A stretch of DNA of 61,158 nt from Opitutaceae bacterium (GTDB lineage Bacteria > Verrucomicrobiota > Verrucomicrobiia > Opitutales > Opitutaceae): contig DATMLS010000045.1 in assembly GCA_035569995.1 (NCBI GenBank), forward strand, positions 1 through 61,158, given 5' to 3'. The notes under the pieces were generated by a model. The model did no database searches. It was not told where the DNA came from and worked only from the letters and a program-made list of their open reading frames with translations. Made by a program: the position numbers and the translations under genes. Of the stretch, positions 1 through 9,018 are shown one piece after another (position 1 is the first letter of the stretch; each line of letters starts with the position of its first letter).

Positions 1-487
1 GGTCAAGGACAAGGTTGAGGCGCACAGCCAGGGCGACCTGCGCGAAAACTTCGGTTTCAAGGCGGCCAAGGATGCCATCCGCGCCGTCGACCGCAAGATG
101 ACCGCGCTCGATCGCTTTGTCGCCCGCAACACCTTCATCGAGGTCGATCCCGCCACCTGGCTTACCAAACCGACGGACACGCTGCTCCTCGGGCACGTGG
201 CCACGATCGCAAAACAGGACGTGGCGACGCAACGAAGCCACCGTTTCACGTTTTTCGTGACTACGCATGGCGAGACGGCGAGCGACCCCGAGTCGGGGAT
301 TGAATGCCTGCCGCACAATTCCCCCCTTGCCGCAGCGGTGCTGGGCCTGGCGGTCAATGCTCAGACCAAGGTCGCGCTCCCTGCGGGCGAGGCGATCCTG
401 ACCGTCTGTTCCATCCGCAATCCGACCCAAGCCGAACTCGATCGCCTGCTTACCGCCATTAAGCCACCCGAAATCGAAGACGATTAG
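1..487 (+). CDS. hypothetical protein, 5'-truncated by the window edge. Reading frame 2 is open from position 2 and runs into the listed ORF 98..487.
   Basis: The reading frame is continuous from the window start (VKDKVEAHSQGDLRENF...), so the true start lies upstream of the window. No recognisable family motif. Confidence 0.5.
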   Translation, partial: VKDKVEAHSQGDLRENFGFKAAKDAIRAVDRKMTALDRFVARNTFIEVDPATWLTKPTDTLLLGHVATIAKQDVATQRSHRFTFFVTTHGETASDPESGIECLPHNSPLAAAVLGLAVNAQTKVALPAGEAILTVCSIRNPTQAELDRLLTAIKPPEIEDD

Positions 488-675
488 CAGATGTCAGAAT
501 AGGTTTTTGGGGACAGGTCAAAAACAGATTTCGAAGTTAATCACCTGCGGTTTTTAACCACGGATGCACATTGAACCGAACCATTTTTGCTTGCCCGCGA
601 TTGTGCCCCGCCCGTAGTAATGACCGTTCTGACGGTCGCGAAGCAGACCTTACGCGCCCGGATCGTGGACTAGAT

Positions 676-753
<78 letters not shown>

Positions 754-795
754 AGTGAATGACTTAGGCTGTTTCTGCCTTTTCGGATAGAATCT

Positions 796-819
796 ACATT
801 CCGGTTACATTCCGGTTTT
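796..819 (+). promoter_or_regulatory. tandem ACATTCCGGTT x2 motif just inside the attL end of the island. Candidate arm-type recombinase or RDF binding site.
   Basis: ACATTCCGGTTACATTCCGGTTTT is repeated identically at 21589..21612, next to the integrase start. Confidence 0.45.
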
Positions 820-1021
820 TCGAGTCCTGTCCTGCCCCGCATTTTTCGCACCTTTTGCTGAATTTCGTGCGCAACATTTGGCCAATATTCTGGCTTTCCG
901 CTCTGAAAATCAGGCGTAATGTCGCTGAAAATGCGACAGATAGCATCGGCCAGACGAGCCTTAGTTAACTAAAAGCAACGTTGCATTCATGGACGGGCAA
1001 AAATAAAAATGCCCTTCCAGC

Positions 1022-3817
1022 ATGACGCCCGAAGCCCAGGCCAGGGAGAAGATCGACGCACAGCTCGTTGCGTGCGGCTGGGTCGTCCAGGATTACAAGG
1101 CCGTGGATTTCACCGCTGGCCATGGCATCGCCCTCCGTGAAGTCCCGCTTAAGACAGGGCCCTGCGATTACTTGCTCCTCTTGAACCGTCAGGCCGTCGG
1201 TGTGATTGAGGCCAAGAAAGAAGGCACCACGCTCTCTGTTGTTGCGGATCAGTCTGCCCGCTACGCCACCAGCGTGCCCGATTTTCTCGCTGCCGAACTC
1301 ACTGGTAAACTCCCGTTTCTCTACGAATCCACCGGCGTCGAAACCTATTTCCGCGACGAGCGCGACCCTGACCCGCGTTCACGGCTCGTGTTCAGCTTTC
1401 ACCGCCCTGAAACGCTCGCCGAATGGGTTACCGAGCCCGACACCCTCCGTCGTCGTCTCGCCGCACTCCCCACCGCGCATCCTCTTACCACCGCCGGTAT
1501 GCGCGACTGTCAGATCGAAGCCATTGGCGGCTTGGAAAAGTCCTTCGCTGAAAACCGCCCCCGAGCACTCATCCACATGGCCACAGGTGCTGGCAAGACC
1601 TACACCGCTTGTGCCTTCACGTACCGACTCATCAAATATGCCGGTGCGCGGCGCGTCCTTTTCCTCGTGGATCGGGCCAATCTTGGTGAACAGGCCCGCG
1701 ATGAGTTTGCCCGTTTTCGCACGCCAGACACCGGCCGGCTCTTCACCGAGCTCTACAACGTCCAACATCTGACCTCGTCGCACATCGACGATGTCTGCCG
1801 CGTCACCATCTGCACCATCCAGCGTCTTTACTCCATTCTGCGCGGAGAAGACCTGGCGGAAGGCGCGGACGATCTCTCCGGCGCGGAACTATCGGCGGCC
1901 CTAGGCATCACGCGCACGCGCGAGGTCGCTTACAACCCCGTCGTGCCCATCGAGAAGTTCGATTTCATCGTCACCGATGAGTGTCACCGCTCCATTTACA
2001 ATCTGTGGCGTCAGGTGCTCGAATATTTCGACGGATTCCTCATCGGCCTCACTGCTACGCCCGCGCCACAGACCATCGCCTACTTCCACCAAAACCGCGT
2101 CGCTGAATACAACCACGAGCGCGCCGTCGCCGATGGCGTCAACGTCGGCTATGATGTCTATCGCATAAAGACCCGCGTCACTGAGCAGGGTGGGAAGGTG
2201 GAAAAAGGCTTTCTCATCGACCACCGCAGTAAGGCTTCCCGTGCCCAGCGCTCGGCCGTGCTTGCTGATGACCTCGACTACACACCCGTTGATCTCGATC
2301 GCTCCGTTGTCGTGCCCGATCAGATTCGCACGCTTTTGCGCACCTACCGCGACGCCGTCTTCACCGAACTTTTTCCCGGCCGCACGCTCGTGCCAAAAAC
2401 CCTTATCTTCGCCAAGGACGACTCCCACGCTGAGGACATCGTCCACCTTTGCCGCGAAGTCTTTGGCCGGGGCAACGATTTTTGCAAAAAGATCACCTAC
2501 CAGGCCAAACACCCTGTCACTGGCAAGCCCGCCAAGTCGAAGGAGCTCATCAAGGAGTTTTGCCTTTCCCCTACGCTCCGCATTGCGGTGACCGTGGACA
2601 TGATTGCCACCGGCACAGATATCAAGCCGCTTGAAGTCCTCATCTTCCTGCGCGACGTCCGCAGCCGCGTCTATTTTGAGCAGATGAAAGGCCGCGGCAC
2701 CCGCGTCCTCACGCCTACCGATCTGCAATCCGTCTCCGGTGCCGATGCCCGGGCCAAGACCCACTTCGTCATCGTCGATGCGGTTGGCGTCTGCGAGAGC
2801 GACAAGACCGAGTCCCGCCCGCTTGACCGCCAGCCCACCGTCCCGCTCAAAACCCTCCTCCAGCGTGTCCTGTTTCCCGGCGGCCGCGACGAAGACACCC
2901 TCACCACGTTGGCGGCGCGCCTCGCCAGGCTCGACCGCGAACTCGACCAAACTCAACGCCAACTGGTCGCCGCCGCTTCCGGTGGGCATACGCCCGCCAC
3001 GCTGGCCGGAGCGCTTCTACGCGCCTGCGATCCTGACGCCATTGCTGAAAAGGCCGCCGGCAAAATCGGCGCCGAACCGCAGGAAATCGCATCGGAGAAA
3101 TTAGAAGCCGCTCACCAGCAACTCATCACTGATGCCTGTGCGCCCTTCGACAAAGTCGCGCTGCGCAACACGCTCGACAGCCTCAAACAGGAAACCGAAC
3201 AAACCCTCGACATTTACACCCCCGACGAAGTCCTCTCAGCCGGCTTCGATGCCGCTGCAAAAGCGAAAGCGGCTGGCCTCGTCCAAGCTTTCCGCGACTA
3301 CATCGCCAACAAGCGCGCCGAGATTGCCGCGCTCCAGATTTTGTACAGCCGCCCCTATCGCCAACGCCTCACCGAGCCGATGCTGAAGGAGCTGGAGAAG
3401 AAATTGCGCGACAACCATGCGGCCTGGACTGAAGACCGTCTCTGGGACGCCTTCGCTGTTACTTCGCCTGTGAAGGTGAAAGGCCGCTCGCAACTCGGCC
3501 GCTTTGCCGATCTTGTCTCTCTTGTGCGTTTTGCCCTCGAACAACAACCCATTCTCGAACCGTTCGCCGATTCCGTCCAGGGTCGCTTCGATTCATGGCT
3601 TGCGCAAAAAACAAAAAACGGCACGGCCTTCACAGCCGATCAACACGCATGGCTTGAGCTTATCCGCGATCACATCGCCACGAGTCTCAGTATCGAACCC
3701 GATGATTTCGACTTCGCGCCGTTCAGCCAGCGCGGTGGCCTGGGCAAAGCTCACCAACTTTTTGGCGAGCAGCTACCCAAACTTCTCGATGAACTCAACG
3801 AGGTGCTCGCAGCTTAA
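1022..3817 (+). CDS. hsdR: type I restriction enzyme R subunit (HsdR)
   Basis: N-terminal HsdR_N-type PD-(D/E)xK motif (GPCDYLLL...GVIEAKKEG). SF2 helicase Walker A HMATGAGKTYT and DEAH box VTDECHRS. Sits co-directionally upstream of hsdS and hsdM. Confidence 0.85.
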   Translation: MTPEAQAREKIDAQLVACGWVVQDYKAVDFTAGHGIALREVPLKTGPCDYLLLLNRQAVGVIEAKKEGTTLSVVADQSARYATSVPDFLAAELTGKLPFLYESTGVETYFRDERDPDPRSRLVFSFHRPETLAEWVTEPDTLRRRLAALPTAHPLTTAGMRDCQIEAIGGLEKSFAENRPRALIHMATGAGKTYTACAFTYRLIKYAGARRVLFLVDRANLGEQARDEFARFRTPDTGRLFTELYNVQHLTSSHIDDVCRVTICTIQRLYSILRGEDLAEGADDLSGAELSAALGITRTREVAYNPVVPIEKFDFIVTDECHRSIYNLWRQVLEYFDGFLIGLTATPAPQTIAYFHQNRVAEYNHERAVADGVNVGYDVYRIKTRVTEQGGKVEKGFLIDHRSKASRAQRSAVLADDLDYTPVDLDRSVVVPDQIRTLLRTYRDAVFTELFPGRTLVPKTLIFAKDDSHAEDIVHLCREVFGRGNDFCKKITYQAKHPVTGKPAKSKELIKEFCLSPTLRIAVTVDMIATGTDIKPLEVLIFLRDVRSRVYFEQMKGRGTRVLTPTDLQSVSGADARAKTHFVIVDAVGVCESDKTESRPLDRQPTVPLKTLLQRVLFPGGRDEDTLTTLAARLARLDRELDQTQRQLVAAASGGHTPATLAGALLRACDPDAIAEKAAGKIGAEPQEIASEKLEAAHQQLITDACAPFDKVALRNTLDSLKQETEQTLDIYTPDEVLSAGFDAAAKAKAAGLVQAFRDYIANKRAEIAALQILYSRPYRQRLTEPMLKELEKKLRDNHAAWTEDRLWDAFAVTSPVKVKGRSQLGRFADLVSLVRFALEQQPILEPFADSVQGRFDSWLAQKTKNGTAFTADQHAWLELIRDHIATSLSIEPDDFDFAPFSQRGGLGKAHQLFGEQLPKLLDELNEVLAA

Positions 3818-3852
3818 ACATCAAAATCCAAAATCAAGAAAAGGAGATAAAC

Positions 3853-4437
3853 ATGTCAGACCTAAATTCAGATCCTGAATTGAAAGCAATTGACCAGGTG
3901 ATCCAAGCCCTCGGCTCGCTCCAGCAAGACGCTCGTGAGCGAGTCGTCAGTTACGTGTTTCAACGGCTTGGCCTTTCAACACTAAATACATTTGCCCAAC
4001 CAACCCTTGAACAGCCGCCCCCACCGTCGTCGGTGACAGCGCTGCCAAGTTCGCCTCAACCTGCCGGGGGCGTGCATGATATTCGTAGCTTTAGAACCGC
4101 AAAGAGTCCAAAAACTGATAATGAAATGTCAGCTCTGGTGGCATACTACCTCAAACACCTAGCACCACCCGAAGAACGCAAGGATTCGATCGCGACTGCC
4201 GACATCGAAAAATACTTCGTTCAAGCAAATTACCCGCTTCCAAAACGACCGCGATTGACTCTGGGTAACGCGAAAAACGCGGGATACTTCGACCCGGCTG
4301 AACGTGGGTTCTTTAAATTGAATCCTGTTGGCCATAACCTAGTGGCGCACGGTCTTGGGAAAGATGGAGGCGATAGCGTGTCGAGCCGGATCAAGAAAAC
4401 GAGAAAGAGTGGGTCAAAGTCAAAGAAACGGAGTTAG
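3853..4437 (+). CDS. hypothetical protein with a basic C-terminal tail, between hsdR and hsdS
   Basis: ORF with a plausible RBS (aaggagataaacATG). Lower GC than hsdR. Its stop (TAG) abuts the ATG of the next ORF. No recognisable motif. Confidence 0.5.
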   Translation: MSDLNSDPELKAIDQVIQALGSLQQDARERVVSYVFQRLGLSTLNTFAQPTLEQPPPPSSVTALPSSPQPAGGVHDIRSFRTAKSPKTDNEMSALVAYYLKHLAPPEERKDSIATADIEKYFVQANYPLPKRPRLTLGNAKNAGYFDPAERGFFKLNPVGHNLVAHGLGKDGGDSVSSRIKKTRKSGSKSKKRS

Positions 4438-5274
4438 ATGAATTTGACTCAAGACAGTTGGAGCGATCTGAACTTCAAGCTTGCAGCGCTGAAGTCCGGC
4501 TTAGCGAAATGCAGGGCCGTAAACGTGAACACGCTTCGATTAAAGGACGCTGCACAAGCGGCGATCCAACAATATTTCCGCCAATGTCGCCCGGAGGCGC
4601 AGCAGTCAGGTATCGCCGAGGCCGCGCTCGAATCTTTGGATCAAGGGTTTCAAAATTTACTGAAGTTCACCAACGGCAACAATCCTGTACGTCGCTATAA
4701 AGGTGAGTTGTCTGCGATTTTATCAGCAAAAACTTTGATTGATGCTGAGCGAGAGAAGCGGATTGGCGAATCTCAGGTGCGCAAAAACGCAACCAGCGTT
4801 TTTCTTAGCGCGCAAGAGGGGACGATTCTGAAAACGCTGGAGCAGATTGTCCCATTGGCCGCGTTATCATACCGCCAAGCCTGCATAGATCTAGCAACTC
4901 GTGACCGTATCTCGTATCGTGGTACGGCTAACGAATTGCGCGAGGCTCTCCGCGAACTGCTTGACCATTTAGCACCCGATGCAGACGTAGAAAACCAACA
5001 GGGATTCAAGTTTGAAGATGGTCAAAAGAAGCCGACTATGAAGCAGAAGGTTCGATTCATACTTCGGGCACGTGGGCTTCCGGCCACGGCTGGTGAAGCG
5101 CCCGAGAATGCGGTGTTACTGGCTGACGAAATGGTCGGCAAGTTGACCAGGTCGACTTACAACCGGTCCTCCATTTCTGCGCATGTATCGACTGCTCGCA
5201 GCGAAGTGTGCCAAATGAAAATGTATATCGACAGCGTGCTTGCCGAACTTCTTGAAATTCATCGTGAACACTGA
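4438..5274 (+). CDS. putative HEPN / Abi_C-like protein (candidate abortive-infection RNase)
   Basis: C-terminal R-x5-H motif (TYNRSSISAHVS) typical of HEPN/Abi_C. Start codon abuts the stop of the upstream ORF (TAGATG). 3' end overlaps hsdS. Confidence 0.45.
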   Translation: MNLTQDSWSDLNFKLAALKSGLAKCRAVNVNTLRLKDAAQAAIQQYFRQCRPEAQQSGIAEAALESLDQGFQNLLKFTNGNNPVRRYKGELSAILSAKTLIDAEREKRIGESQVRKNATSVFLSAQEGTILKTLEQIVPLAALSYRQACIDLATRDRISYRGTANELREALRELLDHLAPDADVENQQGFKFEDGQKKPTMKQKVRFILRARGLPATAGEAPENAVLLADEMVGKLTRSTYNRSSISAHVSTARSEVCQMKMYIDSVLAELLEIHREH

Positions 5275-6514
5275 AAGCCCCAAGATTAGCATTTGCCAAC
5301 TCCCGAACGGTTGGCGTCGCGTCGCAGTGAGAGACATGGCCGACTCCATTCAATACGGCCTCACCGCGAGCGCAATCAACCGGAAGTATGGCCCACGATT
5401 TCTCCGCATCACCGATATTCAGGACGGTCGTGTTAATTGGAGCGAGGTTCCATCTTGCGACATTCCGAAAGCGGACATTCCGAAGTACCGACTGTCATCC
5501 GGCGACTTGGTGTTTGCGCGTACCGGAGCGACCACCGGAAAGAGTTTTCTCATTGGCGATTGCCCTGAAGCGGTGTTCGCGTCTTACTTGATCCGTGTTC
5601 GCGTTTCGGCAGACGTTGACTCGCGCTATCTCTCGGCATTTTTCCAAAGCCCGGATTATTGGCGGCAAATTGAGGATGGCAAACGTGGCATTGGGCAGCC
5701 AAACGTTAACGGGACGGTGCTCGGCGAAGTTCAGTTTCCCGTCGCGCCTCTCCACGAACAACGCAGGATCGTGGCGGAGATCGAAAAGCAATTCACGCGC
5801 TTGGACGCTGGAGTCGCCGCGTTGCGACGAGTGCAAGCCAATCTCAAACGCTACCGCGCCGCCGTCCTCAAAGCCGCCTGCGAAGGCCGCCTCGTTTCAT
5901 CGAGCGTAAAATGGCCACGTCGGAAACTTGGCGAACTGACTTCTAAGATTGGCAGTGGCTCGACACCGCGAGGTGGCGCTGATGTCTATCGTGATGCTGG
6001 TATCCCGCTAATTCGTTCGATGAACGTTCATTCCACTGGCTTTCGCTTCGACGGACTCGCGCATATCGACGAAACTGAAGCCGAAAAACTGGATCATGTA
6101 ACCGTTGAGGCAGGTGACGTATTGTTGAACATCACTGGAGCATCGATTGGACGAGTAACGACTGCTCCTGCCTCGCTTGATGGCGCCCGTGTTAATCAAC
6201 ACGTCTGCATAATTCGTCCAAACCAAGGACTAGTTTCTGCGTTTCTTGCGATATTCCTCGCGTCGCCAATCGAGCAAGCGCGTGTCTTGAATGTCCAAGT
6301 TGGTGCAACGCGTCAGGCGCTCACCAAATCGATGATCGTAAACTGGGAAGTTCCAGTCCCGCCCCTCGCCGAGCAAACGCGAATCGTAGCGGAAGTGGAG
6401 CGGCGCTTGAGTGTAGTGGAGGAGTTAGAAACAGTCGTGACCGCCAACCTCCAGCGCACCATTCGCCTCCGCCAGTCCATCCTTCAAGAAGCATTTACGG
6501 GAAATTTTACTTAA
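5240..6514 (+). CDS. hsdS: type I R-M specificity subunit (HsdS), two target recognition domains
   Basis: LPNGW N-terminus. Conserved central helix (AEIEKQFTRLDAGVAALRRV...) and a C-terminal repeat (AEQTRIVAEVERRLSVVEELE). The true start may be the in-frame GTG at 5264 or the ATG at 5336. Confidence 0.8.
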   Translation: MPNFLKFIVNTESPKISICQLPNGWRRVAVRDMADSIQYGLTASAINRKYGPRFLRITDIQDGRVNWSEVPSCDIPKADIPKYRLSSGDLVFARTGATTGKSFLIGDCPEAVFASYLIRVRVSADVDSRYLSAFFQSPDYWRQIEDGKRGIGQPNVNGTVLGEVQFPVAPLHEQRRIVAEIEKQFTRLDAGVAALRRVQANLKRYRAAVLKAACEGRLVSSSVKWPRRKLGELTSKIGSGSTPRGGADVYRDAGIPLIRSMNVHSTGFRFDGLAHIDETEAEKLDHVTVEAGDVLLNITGASIGRVTTAPASLDGARVNQHVCIIRPNQGLVSAFLAIFLASPIEQARVLNVQVGATRQALTKSMIVNWEVPVPPLAEQTRIVAEVERRLSVVEELETVVTANLQRTIRLRQSILQEAFTGNFT

Positions 6515-6520
6515 CTTAAT

Positions 6521-7837
6521 ATGCCAATTATTCCACCAGCGATCACTATCGACAAAGGACCGTCAAGAGACGCAGAGGTCGCCGCGAGATGCCACGAGAT
6601 TCAAACCGGGTTGGGCTTAGCGGAAGTCCCGGAGTTTGAACAATTGCAACGTGTAGGAATGGCGGTTCGCCTTGCTCTCCATATACGCGGACTCGCGTCA
6701 GTAAATTATGAAACGTTGAAATTGGTCGCGAACCATTATCTCAGCATTCCAGTTGGCGGCATTAAGAGCATACTCGAAGTATTGGCCGAGGTTGAATTTG
6801 TTAAGCTCCAAACAGAGGGGAAAACGATCAAAGCAGTTATTCCCAATGTCCCATACTACGAGACGCTCTATGAGACGCTCGGAACGTATGCAGCTGGAGC
6901 GAAATTCAATGAAGCAGAGCAGTTGAGCGTCGAACTCCTCAGCAGGCTCTCCAAAGCACCCGAGAAAGTTGACACTCTAATTACGCACTTTGGAGTCGAG
7001 ACGAAGTTATTCAATCGCGCATTTGATCTCGGTAAACAAGGTGCTTACTTGCGGGTCCACCGAAGCCGAGGGCGCGACGTTGCGCTCAGCCCGACATACT
7101 TCTCGGAGAACTCCGAAATCTACGCCGACATGGTTTCCGGAGTTGGCTCGAAGCAGGTCAAGAAACTGATGGACGCGCTTCACAGCATGCAGGGTGTTCC
7201 GTTGTCGATAATCCAAAAGCAAAAGGAAATTGCTGGTGTGAAATTCACTGACGAAGAATTAAACCTGTTGCTTCGCCTCGCTCAAGACGGTGCGGTCAAA
7301 CCGCCGAGCATCACCACGGCCCACTCCGGCGAGCAGTTCTTTTTATTCACCCCGACCCCTTCGGGGGCCGCGCTTGCTGTAACGAAGAGGGACATTTATG
7401 AAAAGGCGATGGCGATCGTGGCGGCGGTGCGCCAAGGCCAGTTCCTTGCAAGTCGCTTCGCAATTCGTTCTCCCGGAGCAGTGCTGTATAAGCTCAAAGA
7501 GAACATGAAACTCGCGAAGGCTACGACCGAAGCCTCGCAACAATATCGGAAACTCGTGGTTCATCGTGTCGCACGCTTGGTCGACCTCGGCGGCGGCTTC
7601 AGTCAGCTCCAGATAATCGACACTCTAGAGAATCGAGAGGCCCTTTCGATTGCCTACAAACTGGTTGATGCCGGAGTTGCAGTCGGCACTGAGGTCGACG
7701 AATCAGCGAGGCAAGCACTTCAGCAAGAGCACTCATTTGTGGAATCCCTCGTCGCATCTGGTGCCCTGCAACGGCGGGGCAAGGTGACGCTCACGCACGA
7801 CCAACAACTTGAGATGGAAACCCTCTTCCTAAAATAA
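6521..7837 (+). CDS. hypothetical protein (438 aa), between hsdS and hsdM
   Basis: Tight spacing to hsdS (6 nt) and to the next ORF (4 nt). Protein-like composition. No recognisable motif. Confidence 0.55.
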   Translation: MPIIPPAITIDKGPSRDAEVAARCHEIQTGLGLAEVPEFEQLQRVGMAVRLALHIRGLASVNYETLKLVANHYLSIPVGGIKSILEVLAEVEFVKLQTEGKTIKAVIPNVPYYETLYETLGTYAAGAKFNEAEQLSVELLSRLSKAPEKVDTLITHFGVETKLFNRAFDLGKQGAYLRVHRSRGRDVALSPTYFSENSEIYADMVSGVGSKQVKKLMDALHSMQGVPLSIIQKQKEIAGVKFTDEELNLLLRLAQDGAVKPPSITTAHSGEQFFLFTPTPSGAALAVTKRDIYEKAMAIVAAVRQGQFLASRFAIRSPGAVLYKLKENMKLAKATTEASQQYRKLVVHRVARLVDLGGGFSQLQIIDTLENREALSIAYKLVDAGVAVGTEVDESARQALQQEHSFVESLVASGALQRRGKVTLTHDQQLEMETLFLK

Positions 7838-7841
7838 GCTT

Positions 7842-8936
7842 ATGATGAAAGACCGTGACCAAAAGCAAAAGGCGCTGAAACTCTCAGTCGCGAACCGGTG
7901 GTTCCCTCAACTTGAGGTGGATGTCCAGCCTGGCCGAGCATTGAAGGAGCGGGCCCCGCTCGTTACTGATCTCGACGTTTTCTCTTCCATTCCCGATCAG
8001 TTTAAGGGCTTCCGCTCGGTCGTGTTCGATTGCAAAACGAAGGCAAAGGAATCACCAGTCAATCGTGCGTTGTGGTTGGCCGGTGTTCTCGAAAGGCTAC
8101 AAGCAGACCAAGGTTTCTGCATCCTGAAGAAGGACCAGATTCAACTTGACCACTGTTTGATGGCGACACGCCTCAACGTTGTTCTACTGACTGAAGACGA
8201 GTTCGACCTCTACGCGAAAGTGACGTGCCCTCGCTACGGCGGTCCTCTCGGCAATGTCAGTGAGATGGATGCTTGGGAACAGCTCTTCTCAATCCCGTCC
8301 CGGTTCCCGAAACTGGATTCAGGCATCCAGTTCATTCGGTCGACATTTTGGATGGTAGATGACTCCGCTGAAGCGTGTCGAAGATGCCTCGCGTGCTTAA
8401 AAGGACTCCACCCCGAGATGGACCCGTCAAAGCCGGAACACATTGCTGTTTTTCTCGAGTTCTGCGCGGTGTTCGCGCGTTCGCTGGCGGTTGTAGTGTG
8501 CCAGATTTTCAAATCCTACATGCTTCCCGCGAAACAAACAGACCTCGCGGACGCATTACTAGTCATGCTTTACGGTGGACGCGAAGCTTACGAGCACCGG
8601 AATGAGCTTTTCAAACTAGTGAAGGGGAAAGGCACTGACCAAGTGCCGCCGGATTTGTCGCTTCCCGAGTGGGACCGCTTTCTCCAACTGGTAAGGCAAT
8701 GCTTGGATGCCCCGTTCGAAATACAACATGCGCCGTTGATACTTCGGGAAGCGGCATTCTCCGCGCTACGGGGAGACACAGCGAGGGCCTTTGCGAAGAC
8801 CTTGTGTGCGGAGTCACCTCAGGGTGCGCGATTTGCGCTGTTGATTCCAACATATTTGGGAAGAGCGGCAAAACTCCCGCCGGAATTCGAAAAGGCGGCA
8901 GACGAGATTCTTATACCTTTGATTCCCGTGAAATGA
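7842..8936 (+). CDS. hypothetical protein with a possible N-terminal PD-(D/E)xK nuclease-like motif
   Basis: LVTDLDVF...VVFDCKTK resembles a D...(D/E)xK motif. Co-oriented and tightly packed with 6521..7837. Located between hsdS and hsdM. Confidence 0.5.
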   Translation: MMKDRDQKQKALKLSVANRWFPQLEVDVQPGRALKERAPLVTDLDVFSSIPDQFKGFRSVVFDCKTKAKESPVNRALWLAGVLERLQADQGFCILKKDQIQLDHCLMATRLNVVLLTEDEFDLYAKVTCPRYGGPLGNVSEMDAWEQLFSIPSRFPKLDSGIQFIRSTFWMVDDSAEACRRCLACLKGLHPEMDPSKPEHIAVFLEFCAVFARSLAVVVCQIFKSYMLPAKQTDLADALLVMLYGGREAYEHRNELFKLVKGKGTDQVPPDLSLPEWDRFLQLVRQCLDAPFEIQHAPLILREAAFSALRGDTARAFAKTLCAESPQGARFALLIPTYLGRAAKLPPEFEKAADEILIPLIPVK

Positions 8937-9018
8937 GCAATCCCGCCGCCCTTGTCCAGAAACCCTGGCCCCCCCCATCTTTGCCTGACGGCTACGCAGG
9001 TCACGCTGCAACCCAATC

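Noticed and set aside
1901-2989. 362-aa ORF antisense to hsdR
   Set aside because: Lies entirely within and opposite a confidently identified helicase gene. Gly/Ala/Asp/Arg-rich composition typical of antisense frames in high-GC DNA. No motifs.
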